NCBI GenBank assembly: GCA_015494295.1
Contig: WGBO01000011.1
Location: forward strand, 19,036-83,035
From: Gammaproteobacteria bacterium
Lineage (GTDB): Bacteria > Pseudomonadota > Gammaproteobacteria > DSM-19610
Length of the DNA: 64,000 nucleotides
Direction: 5' to 3'
Shown here: positions 34,881-44,026 of the stretch, in pieces
Position numbering within the stretch: position 1 is the stretch's first letter
How the letters are laid out: every line of letters starts with the position of its first letter
Notes under the pieces: model-generated
What the model saw: the letters and a program-made list of their open reading frames with translations, nothing else
What the model was told of the DNA's origin: nothing
Databases searched by the model: none
Program-made: the position numbers and the translations under genes

Positions 34881-35806
34881 CGTGGCGCGCCCCCGCCGAC
34901 GACCACGCGCTCCGCGTCACGCTCGGCCTGTATCTGGCCCGGCGACTGCTGAACCCGCTTGTCCGCTCCGGACATGATCACCAGCACCACGCGGCGGTTG
35001 CGGGCGCGGCCCTCCGGCGTATCGTTGCTGGCGACCGGCCGGTACTCGCCGTAACCAATGGCCGCCATGCGCTCCGGCCTGACACCCAGATCGGTAAACA
35101 GGCGCACCACGCTGGCGGCGCGGGCCGCCGACAGTTCCCAGTTGGAACGGAACTCGAAATTGTCGATGGGCACGTTGTCGGTAAAGCCCTCGACATGAAT
35201 GGTATTGTTCAGCGGCGCCAGCTTTTCGGCCAGCTTGCGCAACACCGGCCTGGAGCCGGGCGACAATTCGGCGCTGCCGGAAGGAAACAGGATGCTGGAT
35301 TTTATCTCCACCTCGATCCAGCGCTTGTCGCGACGCACGTCAATCAGTCCAGCGTCCACCAGGTCGGCCATGGAGCTCTCGATGGCATCCGCGAGCGCCA
35401 GCGAGGCCTCGTCGATGCGCCCCTCCTCGGCCCTGCGCCGCGCTTCCGCTTCGCGCGCGGCTTTCTCCTGCGCCTCCTTGAGCTTGCGTTCAAGCTGTTC
35501 GCGGATATCGCGCTCCGGCAATGGAACGTGAAACAACTCGATCACCGGCTTGGCGCGATCCATGGGGGTTTCGGACTGCAATGGCGAACGCAGCAACTTG
35601 CCAACCTGGATCGGGTCCAGGCTGCGCGCCGGATCCGCGAAGGCCGCCACCATCGAATCGGACAGCACCCGGTACTTGCCTTCGTTGACGGAGGAAATGG
35701 AATACATGACGACGAAAAACGCAAACAGCAGGGTAATGAAGTCCGCATAGGACACCAGCCACCTTTCGTGGTTCTCGTGTTCCTCTACGCGTTTCTTCCT
35801 GGCCAT
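34877..35806 (-). CDS. motD: Flagellar stator protein MotD (MotB family)
   Basis: HERWLVSYADFITLLFAFF with the conserved Asp; OmpA domain EGFTDNVPI, SNWELSAARA, NRRV. Confidence 0.9.
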   Translation of the reverse strand: MARKKRVEEHENHERWLVSYADFITLLFAFFVVMYSISSVNEGKYRVLSDSMVAAFADPARSLDPIQVGKLLRSPLQSETPMDRAKPVIELFHVPLPERDIREQLERKLKEAQEKAAREAEARRRAEEGRIDEASLALADAIESSMADLVDAGLIDVRRDKRWIEVEIKSSILFPSGSAELSPGSRPVLRKLAEKLAPLNNTIHVEGFTDNVPIDNFEFRSNWELSAARAASVVRLFTDLGVRPERMAAIGYGEYRPVASNDTPEGRARNRRVVLVIMSGADKRVQQSPGQIQAERDAERVVVGGGAPR

Positions 35807-35866
35807 GCGTCGTGTCTCTCGATACTCGTAGCCGGAACCGGGGTGCATGCCTGCTCTCCCGGACCG

Positions 35867-36607
35867 CTACTGGTAATAGCCCTGCAGCTTGGTTTCGATA
35901 TTGCGCGGGTTCTCGCCTTCGGCGATGGAAATCACGCCCTCCACGATCATCTCCCGGAACTGGCTCTGCGCGTGTACCTGACTCTTGAGCTTGTTGGCCA
36001 TCGGCAGAAACAGCAGGTTGGCGAAACCCACGCCGTAGATGGTGGCCACGAAAGCCGTCGCGATGCCGCCGCCCAGCTTGGACGGATCGGCGAGGTTGTT
36101 CATCACGTGTATCAGTCCCATTACCGCGCCGATGATGCCGATGGTTGGACTGTAGCCACCCATGCCGTCGAACACCTTGGCGGCCTGGGTGTCCTGGTGT
36201 TCCTTGTTGTCGATCTCGACCTCGAGTATGGCGCGAATGACTTCCGGCTCACTGCCGTCCACCAGAAGCTGCAGACCCTTGCGCGCGAACGGATCGGTTT
36301 CTTCCTCGGCGATGGCCTCCAGCCCCAGTAGGCCCTCGCGGCGTGCGATATTGCTCCAGTTGACGATCTTCTCGGCCGCCTCCTCGGGCTGGAGCTTGAC
36401 CGGAAACAACACCCACACGGAAATGCGCAGTGCGCGCGCGAAGGTGCGGATGGGTGTCTGCACCATGACCGCGCCCAGCGTGCCGCCGGCGACGATCACG
36501 AAGGCGGTCAACTGCATCAGGGACGACATGTGGCCGCCTTCCAGAACGTTGCCGCCCAGAATGGCGATCAGCGCCAGCAGGATGCCGATGACTGTCAGGA
36601 AGTCCAT
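35867..36607 (-). CDS. motC: Flagellar stator protein MotC (MotA family)
   Basis: IARREGLLGLE, PTIGIIGAVMGLI, AFVATIYGV; upstream of motD. Confidence 0.9.
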   Translation of the reverse strand: MDFLTVIGILLALIAILGGNVLEGGHMSSLMQLTAFVIVAGGTLGAVMVQTPIRTFARALRISVWVLFPVKLQPEEAAEKIVNWSNIARREGLLGLEAIAEEETDPFARKGLQLLVDGSEPEVIRAILEVEIDNKEHQDTQAAKVFDGMGGYSPTIGIIGAVMGLIHVMNNLADPSKLGGGIATAFVATIYGVGFANLLFLPMANKLKSQVHAQSQFREMIVEGVISIAEGENPRNIETKLQGYYQ

Positions 36608-36610
36608 GGC

Positions 36611-37669
36611 CTAGTGTCCGGACACCTGGGCAATGGCGGGTCCGATATCGCGCAATGGCAGAACCTCGTCACTGAGCCCCGCCTCGGCGACGGCCATGGG
36701 CATGCCGTAGATCACGCTGCTGGCCTCGTCCTGCGTCCACACCGTGGCGCCGCGTGACTTCAGCGTGCGCGCACCCTCGCGGCCGTCGGCGCCCATGCCG
36801 GTCAGCACCACCGCCAGCGACTTGCCGGCATAGACATCCGCCACCGATTCGAAGGTAACATCGGCGCAAGGCCGGTAATGCAGTTTCGGATCCCCGTCCT
36901 CGATGACGACCCGGGTTTCGCCGCGCTGCTGTTGCAGCGTCATCTGCCGCCCGCCCGGTGCGATCAACACCCGTCCGGGTGCGAGAAGGTCACCGTCCTC
37001 TGCTTCCTTGACGCTCACCGCACACTGCTGGTCGAGGCGCTGGGCAAACGCCGGCGTGAAACTCGCCGGCATGTGCTGGACCACCAGCACCGGCAGACGG
37101 AAATCGCGTGGCAGACGCGTCAACACCTGCGCCAGCGCGACCGGCCCGCCGGTGGAACTGGCAATTGCCACCACCCCGTGCTGACCCGGCCGCACACGCC
37201 GCGCGGCCGGTGCGGCCGACGTGCGTGCCGCCGCGGCGCCCCCACCGGGCGTTGCGCGCGGGGCGCGTGGTCGCTGGCGGGCCACGGCGTGAATACGCCG
37301 CCGCAGCACCATCTTGGCCTGCTCCCGGTCCTTGGCGATATCCTCGAAACGCTTGGGGAGAAAATCGACGGCGCCGGCTTCCAGCGCGTCGAGCGTCGCC
37401 TGGGCGCCATCGTGAGTCAGGGAGGAGAACATCAGGATCGGCAGCGGACTGCGCCGCATGATATGCCGCACCGCGGTGATACCGTCCATGACCGGCATCT
37501 CGATATCCATGGTCACCACGTCGGGTTTCAGCGCCGCGACCTGCTCTATGGCCTGGCGGCCGTCAGCCGCGGTGCCAACCACTTCGATGCGGGCATCCGC
37601 CTCCAGTATTTCGACGATGCGCCGCCGGAAGAAACCGGAGTCATCGACTACCAGTACACGCGTTACCAT
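36611..37669 (-). CDS. cheB: Chemotaxis methylesterase CheB
   Basis: Receiver domain plus SSTGGP, VQHMP, GMGADG. Confidence 0.96.
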   Translation of the reverse strand: MVTRVLVVDDSGFFRRRIVEILEADARIEVVGTAADGRQAIEQVAALKPDVVTMDIEMPVMDGITAVRHIMRRSPLPILMFSSLTHDGAQATLDALEAGAVDFLPKRFEDIAKDREQAKMVLRRRIHAVARQRPRAPRATPGGGAAAARTSAAPAARRVRPGQHGVVAIASSTGGPVALAQVLTRLPRDFRLPVLVVQHMPASFTPAFAQRLDQQCAVSVKEAEDGDLLAPGRVLIAPGGRQMTLQQQRGETRVVIEDGDPKLHYRPCADVTFESVADVYAGKSLAVVLTGMGADGREGARTLKSRGATVWTQDEASSVIYGMPMAVAEAGLSDEVLPLRDIGPAIAQVSGH

Positions 37670-37781
37670 GGACCCTTATCCCTGAATCCCGCGCTCCGGG
37701 GCGCGCTGTTGTTGACACGAATTCCCTGTGACGGCACTGTATTTTCTTCCTGGCAAAAACGGGCCACCCGGCCTCCCCTGA

Positions 37782-39839
37782 CTACATGTGCCGCGCGTAG
37801 GCTTTCATCAGGCTGGGTACGTCCAGGATCAGTGCAATCCGCCCGTCGCCGGTGATCGTGGCGCCGGCGAAACCGGCCAGGCCTTGCAGAAAAGCGCCCA
37901 GCGGCTTGATCACGACCTCTTCCTGGCCGACCAGTTGCTCGACCACGAAACCGACGCGCTGGCTGCCAACGTGCACCACCACAACGTGGTTCACCATGTC
38001 CTCGCGTGGTTCGCCACCACCGTTAACCAGCCACTCGCGCAGGTAGAAAAGCGGCAGGGCCTTGTCGCGAACCATGATCACCAGTTGCCCGTCGACAATA
38101 CTGGTACGGCCGGCGTCGAAATCGAAGATCTCGCTGACACTGCCCAGCGGCAGGGCAAACGGCTGGTCGCCCAGCTTGACCATCAGCGTCGGCATGATGG
38201 CGAGCGTCAAGGGCACGCGAATGGTCAGGCGGCTGCCCTTGCCCGGCTCGGAATCGATTTCCACACTGCCGTTGAGCTGCCCGATGCGGGTCTTGACCAC
38301 GTCCATGCCGACACCGCGTCCGGACACGTCCGAAATCTCCTCCCTGGTGGAGAAGCCGGCCGCGAATATCAGGTTGAAACATTCCTTGTCGTCCAGGCGC
38401 GCCGCCGAATCGGCGTCCATGAGTCCCTTCTCGACCGCCTTTGCGCGCAACACCTCAGCATCCATGCCCTTGCCGTCGTCCTCGATGGACAGCAGGATGT
38501 GGTCACCCTCCTGTTCCGCGGCCAGCACCACCGTACCCTGGCGCGGCTTGCCGGCGGCTTCGCGTTCCTCCGGGCTCTCGATGCCGTGGTCCACGGCGTT
38601 GCGGACCAGGTGCACCAGCGGGTCGGCCAGCGCCTCCACCAGGTTCTTGTCGAGGTCGGTGTCCTCGCCCTGCATCTCCAGGTTCACTTCCTTGTTGAGG
38701 CTGCGGGCCAGATCACGCACCACGCGTGGGAAGCGTCCGAAGACCTTCTTGATCGGCTGCATGCGCGTCTTCATGACGGCGTTCTGCAGGTCCGCGGTCA
38801 CCACGTCCAGGTTGGCGATGGCCTTGGAAACGTCTTCGTTGGCCAGCGACTCCTTCAGGTTGGACAGGCGATTGCGCGCCAGCACCAGCTCGCCAACCAT
38901 GTTCATGATTTCGTCGAGGCGGCTGGTGTCGACCCGCACCGAGGTCTCGGACTTGCTGGCGGGCGGTGAAGCCGGTCGAGAGGCCGGCTTGCTGGCGGCC
39001 GGCTTCGGTGCGGGTTCCGGCTCGGCCGGGGTTTTCGAGGCGGGCGCGCTGTCCTGTTCCGGAGGCGCGGCGGGCGCGGAAGACGCGGCTGTGCCGGGCC
39101 CCTTGCCTTGACCGTGCAGCTCGTCCAGCAGAGCGTCGAATTCCTCTTCCGTGATCTCGTCACCGCCGGCGGCGGGCGCATCCGCCCCGTCTGATCCGGC
39201 GGCCGTTGCGGCTGGCGCGTTCGCCGCCGGCCCCTTGCCTTCGCCGTGCAACTGGTCGAGCAAGGCCTCGAATTCTTCCTCGGTGATATCGTCACCACCC
39301 ACCGTCGTCTCGCCGTCGGCGGATTCAGCGCCGCCGGCCTGTTCCAGCATGGCCTCGAACTCGGCATCGGCATCGTCCCCGGCCGAGGCACCGGAAGGCT
39401 CTTCCCCGGCGGCGGGGGCTTCAGCAGTCGGGGCCGGAGCGGCTTCGCCCGCGGGCACGGCGAGTGCCTCCAGGGCAGTCAGCAACCCTCCATCGGCGGG
39501 CGTTGGCATCTCGCCGGACTGAACCTCGGCGAACATGCTGTTCACCACGTCCAGCACCTGCAACACGGTATCCATCAGTTCGCTGTCGACGGAGCGTTCC
39601 CCGTTGCGCAGCACGTTGAACACATCTTCGGCGCGGTGACAGACGTCCACCAGTCCATCCAGGCCAAGGAAGCTGGCGCCGCCCTTGATGGTATGAAAAC
39701 TCCGGAATACGCCGTTGAGCATGTCCTTGTCGTCAGGACTCTGCTCCAGTTCGACCAGTTCCTCGTTCAGCCGCTCGAGTATCTCGCCGGCCTCGACCAG
39801 GAAGTCCTGGAGAATCTCGTCGTCGGTATCAAGACTCAT
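37782..39839 (-). CDS. cheA: Chemotaxis histidine kinase CheA
   Basis: Hpt FRSFHTIKG, LVHLVRNAVDHGIE, DDGKG, SGRGVGMDVV, C-terminal CheW-like P5. Confidence 0.97.
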   Translation of the reverse strand: MSLDTDDEILQDFLVEAGEILERLNEELVELEQSPDDKDMLNGVFRSFHTIKGGASFLGLDGLVDVCHRAEDVFNVLRNGERSVDSELMDTVLQVLDVVNSMFAEVQSGEMPTPADGGLLTALEALAVPAGEAAPAPTAEAPAAGEEPSGASAGDDADAEFEAMLEQAGGAESADGETTVGGDDITEEEFEALLDQLHGEGKGPAANAPAATAAGSDGADAPAAGGDEITEEEFDALLDELHGQGKGPGTAASSAPAAPPEQDSAPASKTPAEPEPAPKPAASKPASRPASPPASKSETSVRVDTSRLDEIMNMVGELVLARNRLSNLKESLANEDVSKAIANLDVVTADLQNAVMKTRMQPIKKVFGRFPRVVRDLARSLNKEVNLEMQGEDTDLDKNLVEALADPLVHLVRNAVDHGIESPEEREAAGKPRQGTVVLAAEQEGDHILLSIEDDGKGMDAEVLRAKAVEKGLMDADSAARLDDKECFNLIFAAGFSTREEISDVSGRGVGMDVVKTRIGQLNGSVEIDSEPGKGSRLTIRVPLTLAIMPTLMVKLGDQPFALPLGSVSEIFDFDAGRTSIVDGQLVIMVRDKALPLFYLREWLVNGGGEPREDMVNHVVVVHVGSQRVGFVVEQLVGQEEVVIKPLGAFLQGLAGFAGATITGDGRIALILDVPSLMKAYARHM

Positions 39840-39851
39840 AGTGCAATTCCC

Positions 39852-40613
39852 TCAAAATCCCAGACTGGACAGCAGATCGTCCACCTCGTCCTGGCCGTTC
39901 ACCGATTCCCCGGCTGCGGCCACCCCGGGCACGGCCGGACCCACGCCCTGCATCATGTCGTCAGCGGATTTTGCTTCCTTGCGCGGCGCCCCGGCGTCGG
40001 GCTCGACACCACCGGACAGGCGCACCAGTTCTACCAGGTTGTCCTCGACCTCCTGCACCAGCGTGATCACGCGGCGCAGGATCTGTCCGGTCAGGTCCTG
40101 GAAATCCTGGGCCATCATGATGTCGGAGAGATCACTGTGGATATGTTCCGTGCTCTCCTTCGTGACGCCGAGAAATTCGTCGATCTGCTGACTGACCGCG
40201 CGAAATTCCTCGACATTCATTTCCTTGTTGCGGAAACGGTTCCATTTCTCGTGCAAACTGTCGGCACGGGCCTTGAGATCCTCGGAAATCGGCAGCGCAT
40301 GTTCAATGGCGTTCAGTGTGCGGTTGGCCGAATCCTCGGTCATCTCGATCACGTGGTTCAGCCTGGCCTTGGCGTCGGGAATGTCCGACTCGGCGAGCGA
40401 CTGCATGCGTTCGTCGAGCACGAAGCTGTTGATTGCGTCGTGCAACTGCCGCGTCATCTTGCCGAGTTCCTGGAACAGTGTCTGTTCGCGCATGCGACCG
40501 AGCTGTTCGATCAGGTGTTCCGCCTGCTCGGAATTGCCGGACTCCAGCTCGGCGACGAGCGCACGGGCATTTTCCAGCAGGCTGTTGTTTTCCAGTTTGC
40601 TCGCTGCTTCCAT
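39852..40613 (-). CDS. cheZ: CheY-P phosphatase CheZ
   Basis: IMMAQDFQDLTGQ, C-terminal QDEVDDLLSSLGF. Confidence 0.95.
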   Translation of the reverse strand: MEAASKLENNSLLENARALVAELESGNSEQAEHLIEQLGRMREQTLFQELGKMTRQLHDAINSFVLDERMQSLAESDIPDAKARLNHVIEMTEDSANRTLNAIEHALPISEDLKARADSLHEKWNRFRNKEMNVEEFRAVSQQIDEFLGVTKESTEHIHSDLSDIMMAQDFQDLTGQILRRVITLVQEVEDNLVELVRLSGGVEPDAGAPRKEAKSADDMMQGVGPAVPGVAAAGESVNGQDEVDDLLSSLGF

Positions 40614-40617
40614 GCCC

Positions 40618-41013
40618 TTACCCCGCCGTGGCTTCGATACGTTCGAAAATCTTGTCGATCTTCTCCTTCAGGGTCACGGCGGTAAACGGCTTGACGATGT
40701 ACCCGTTTACACCCGCCTGGGCCGCCTCGATGATCTGTTCGCGCTTGGACTCGGCCGTAACCATCAACACCGGCAGGGACGCCAGTTTCTCGTCCTGGCG
40801 CACCGCCTTGAGGAGGTCGATGCCGGTCATGCCTGGCATGTTCCAGTCGGTCACCAGGAAATCGAAATTGCCTCCCTGCAACATCGGCAAGGCCGTATTG
40901 CCGTCGTCGGCTTCCTGCGTGTTATTGAATCCCAGGTCACGCAACAGATTCTTGATGATGCGCCGCATCGTGGAAAAATCGTCCACGATGAGTATTTTCA
41001 TATCAGTGTCCAA
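40618..41013 (-). CDS. cheY: Chemotaxis response regulator CheY
   Basis: [28 protein letters not shown] start. Confidence 0.97.
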   Translation of the reverse strand: MDTDMKILIVDDFSTMRRIIKNLLRDLGFNNTQEADDGNTALPMLQGGNFDFLVTDWNMPGMTGIDLLKAVRQDEKLASLPVLMVTAESKREQIIEAAQAGVNGYIVKPFTAVTLKEKIDKIFERIEATAG

Positions 41014-41079
41014 GGGTTCTCTCCCGTCTCACGCTGTTGACCATTTCCTGTTTCGGCAGCCAGTGGCGATTTCTGTACC

Positions 41080-41811
41080 CTACTTTCCGGTCCACTCGCC
41101 CATGCGGGCGCGCAGCCGGATCAGGGCCTGGCCGTGGATCTGGCAGACCCGCGACTCGCTGACGCCCAGAACCTCGCCGATCTCGCGCAGGTTCATTTCC
41201 TCGTCGTAGTACATGGCCATCACCAGGCGCTCGCGCTCCGGCAGGCCGGATATCGCCTGCGCCAGCGCGGCCTTGAAATCCGACTTGTGGAGGCTGTCCA
41301 GCGGTTCGTTGCGCGGCTCGCCGGAAACCGGTAGTGGCGCTTCCTCGCCGTTGACGCCGGCGTCGTCGATGCTGAACACGCGGCAGCCGGTGGCGTCCTG
41401 CAGAATGCGGTGGTACTCGTTGAGGTCGATACCGAGTTTTTCGGCCACTTCCACGTCGCGCGCGTCGCGCCCCTCGGTATTCTCGATCTCGCGCACCGCC
41501 TCGGCGACCTGGCGCGCCTTGCGGTGCACCGAGCGCGGCGTCCAGTCGGTGCGACGGATCTCGTCGAGCATGGCGCCGCGGATACGAATGCCGGCGTAGG
41601 TCTCGAAACTGGCGCCCTGGGTGGCGTCGTAGTTGCGCGAGGCCTCCAGCAGGCCGATCATGCCGGCCTGGATCAGGTCGTCGGCCTGCACGCTCGGCGG
41701 AAGGCGGCTCATCAGGTGATAGGCAATGCGCTTGACCAGGGCAGCGTGCTTGCTGACCAGATCGTCACTGTCGGAATCGGGGGTGGCGACGTACATAGCA
41801 GCTCCATTCAT
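41080..41811 (-). CDS. fliA: Flagellar sigma factor FliA (sigma28)
   Basis: DDLIQAGMIGL, RIRGAMLDEIR, WTPRSV, ESRVCQIH. Confidence 0.96.
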   Translation of the reverse strand: MNGAAMYVATPDSDSDDLVSKHAALVKRIAYHLMSRLPPSVQADDLIQAGMIGLLEASRNYDATQGASFETYAGIRIRGAMLDEIRRTDWTPRSVHRKARQVAEAVREIENTEGRDARDVEVAEKLGIDLNEYHRILQDATGCRVFSIDDAGVNGEEAPLPVSGEPRNEPLDSLHKSDFKAALAQAISGLPERERLVMAMYYDEEMNLREIGEVLGVSESRVCQIHGQALIRLRARMGEWTGK

Positions 41812-42689
41812 ACCGGCATCTCCATGTGACCGTTGTGCGACTGGATCAGACGCTCGACAAAAAACTCAAGGTGTCCCCCAGCGGCACTCGGCACAGGCCA
41901 TTTCTCGGTTTTCTGTGCAAGGTTCTTGAAAGCCATCGAAGCACGGCTGCGCGGGTAGGCCTGCACCACGGCACGCTGTTTCCTGACAGCCTTTTTCAGA
42001 TACTCGTCGTGGGGAATCGCCCCCATGAACTCCAGCGTTACGTCGAGGTAACGGTCGGTAACCCGTGATATCTTGTTGAACAATTCCCTTCCCTCCTGGG
42101 CACTGTGTGCCTGATTCGCGAGCACCCGGAAGCGCTGTATGCCGTACTCGACATTCAGCACCTTGATGAGCGCGTAGGCATCCGTTATTGATGCGGGTTC
42201 GTCGCACACCACCACGACCACTTCCTGGGCGGCGCGGCTGAAACTGGTGACACTTTCATTGATACCGGCGGCGGTATCGATGATCAGCGTATCGACTTCG
42301 TGGTTGAGTTCGCTGAAGGCCCGGATAAGGCCGGCGTTCTCCATGGTGGACAGTTCGGCAAGGCGCTTCACGCCAGAGGAGGCCGGCACCACCATGATCC
42401 CGGAAGGACCGGGGATGATGATCTCCTCCAGGGTGCGCTCGCCGTCGATGACGTGAGACAGATTCTTTTCCGGGTGCAGTCCCAGCAACACGTCGATGTT
42501 GGCAAGACTCAGGTCGGCGTCGAGCAACATGACCTGCCGCCCGGCATCGGACATGGCCACGGCAAGATTGACCGACACGTTGGTCTTTCCAACACCGCCC
42601 TTGCCACTGGTGACCGCGATAACTCTTACTGGATTCGGTTGCGCCATACGTCGTAGCCCGGCTGCCTGATCGACCCGCATTTCAGACAT
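41808..42689 (-). CDS. flhG: Flagellar number regulator FlhG/FleN
   Basis: DQAAGLRR, SGKGGVGKT, DEPASITDAYALIK; downstream of flhF. Confidence 0.93.
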   Translation of the reverse strand: MSEMRVDQAAGLRRMAQPNPVRVIAVTSGKGGVGKTNVSVNLAVAMSDAGRQVMLLDADLSLANIDVLLGLHPEKNLSHVIDGERTLEEIIIPGPSGIMVVPASSGVKRLAELSTMENAGLIRAFSELNHEVDTLIIDTAAGINESVTSFSRAAQEVVVVVCDEPASITDAYALIKVLNVEYGIQRFRVLANQAHSAQEGRELFNKISRVTDRYLDVTLEFMGAIPHDEYLKKAVRKQRAVVQAYPRSRASMAFKNLAQKTEKWPVPSAAGGHLEFFVERLIQSHNGHMEMPV

Positions 42690-43965
42690 GAACATTAGCC
42701 CGGAACCCTCCAAATGTTTCAGCCATGACGGATTCCGCCGGCAGTTCGTGATCCTGCGCGAGACGCGCGGCCTGCTGTATCAGTTCGTCGGCGCGCGCCA
42801 CCTGCAGGTCTTCCGGCACGCGTTGTCCATTGGTGACAAAGCGCAGCGGCAGGCGCTGCTCGATGACCGCCGACAACACCCCGCCGAGGCTGGCGGCCTC
42901 GTCCAGCTTGGTCAGAATAGCGCCCTCCAGCGGCACGCCGGAGAAGGCGCGCACGGTTTCGGCCAGCACCGAGGTGTGCACCGTGGCCGACAACACCAAG
43001 AGAGTACGGATCGGAATGCCGGTGTCGGCGAGGGTCTCGAACTGCTCGGTAAGCCGCACGTCGCGCTGGCTCATGCCGGCGGTGTCGATCAGCACCAGTC
43101 GCTTGTCCGCCAGGCTGTTGAGGGTGGAACGCAGTTCGTTGTGATCGGACGCCACCTGCACCGGTATGCCGAGCAGACGGCCGTAGGTCATCAATTGCTC
43201 GTGGGCGCCGATGCGGTAGCTGTCGGTGGTGACCAGGGCGACATGACGCTGGCCATGGCGCAGCACGTAGCGCGCCGCCAGCTTCGCCACGCTGGTGGTC
43301 TTGCCCACCCCCGTGGAACCCACCAGCGCCACGATACCGCCCTCATCGAGAAAATCATGGTCGGCGACCGGCAGACTGGCGGCCAGCTCGGCCATCGCCA
43401 GTTGCCAGGCATGATCCTCGTCGCGGGCGTGCACGGTGGGTGCGGACACCCGCTCGACCAGCCCGTTGCTCAGTTCCATCGCGCCCAGACGACGCATCAC
43501 CTCGGCGTGCAGGGGTTCGCGGCGTTTCATGTCGCCCCAGGCAAGATGGGCGAGCTGGTTCTCCAGCAGGCCGCGCAGTTGCCGGATCTCGTCGCGCATG
43601 GCGACAATCGACGGGTCCTGTGACCAGTCGACGCTCGGCGTGGCGGACTTGCGCGGCGCGGGCTCGTCCTGTTTCTGTTCGGTCACGCCGGCGTTGGCGG
43701 CATAGCTGGCCGCGCCGCGTGGCGCGGGCTCGGCGGTTTCAGGTGTTTCCGAGGCCGCTTCGGCCGCAGCGGCGGCCTCCGCAGGGGCCGGAGCCGCCGT
43801 GGCATTGGCGTCCAGCAGCGTGGCGTCGTAATCGACGGCGGCGATGATCTCGATGCCACCGTCCACCTTGCGATTGGACAGAATGACCGCGTCGGGTCCC
43901 TGCGCCTCGCGCACCAGGCGGATGGCCTGGCGCATGTCCGGTGCGAAAAACCGTTTCACCTTCAT
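42682..43965 (-). CDS. flhF: SRP-family GTPase FlhF
   Basis: MKVKRFFAPDMRQA, GSTGVGKTT, DSYRIGA, DTAG, TKLDE. Confidence 0.95.
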   Translation of the reverse strand: MKVKRFFAPDMRQAIRLVREAQGPDAVILSNRKVDGGIEIIAAVDYDATLLDANATAAPAPAEAAAAAEAASETPETAEPAPRGAASYAANAGVTEQKQDEPAPRKSATPSVDWSQDPSIVAMRDEIRQLRGLLENQLAHLAWGDMKRREPLHAEVMRRLGAMELSNGLVERVSAPTVHARDEDHAWQLAMAELAASLPVADHDFLDEGGIVALVGSTGVGKTTSVAKLAARYVLRHGQRHVALVTTDSYRIGAHEQLMTYGRLLGIPVQVASDHNELRSTLNSLADKRLVLIDTAGMSQRDVRLTEQFETLADTGIPIRTLLVLSATVHTSVLAETVRAFSGVPLEGAILTKLDEAASLGGVLSAVIEQRLPLRFVTNGQRVPEDLQVARADELIQQAARLAQDHELPAESVMAETFGGFRANVHV

Positions 43966-44026
43966 CCCTGCACCTCGCTATGGGGTCTCACCGTCGCTGT
44001 TGTCGTCAACTGCCTGGTATCCTCTG

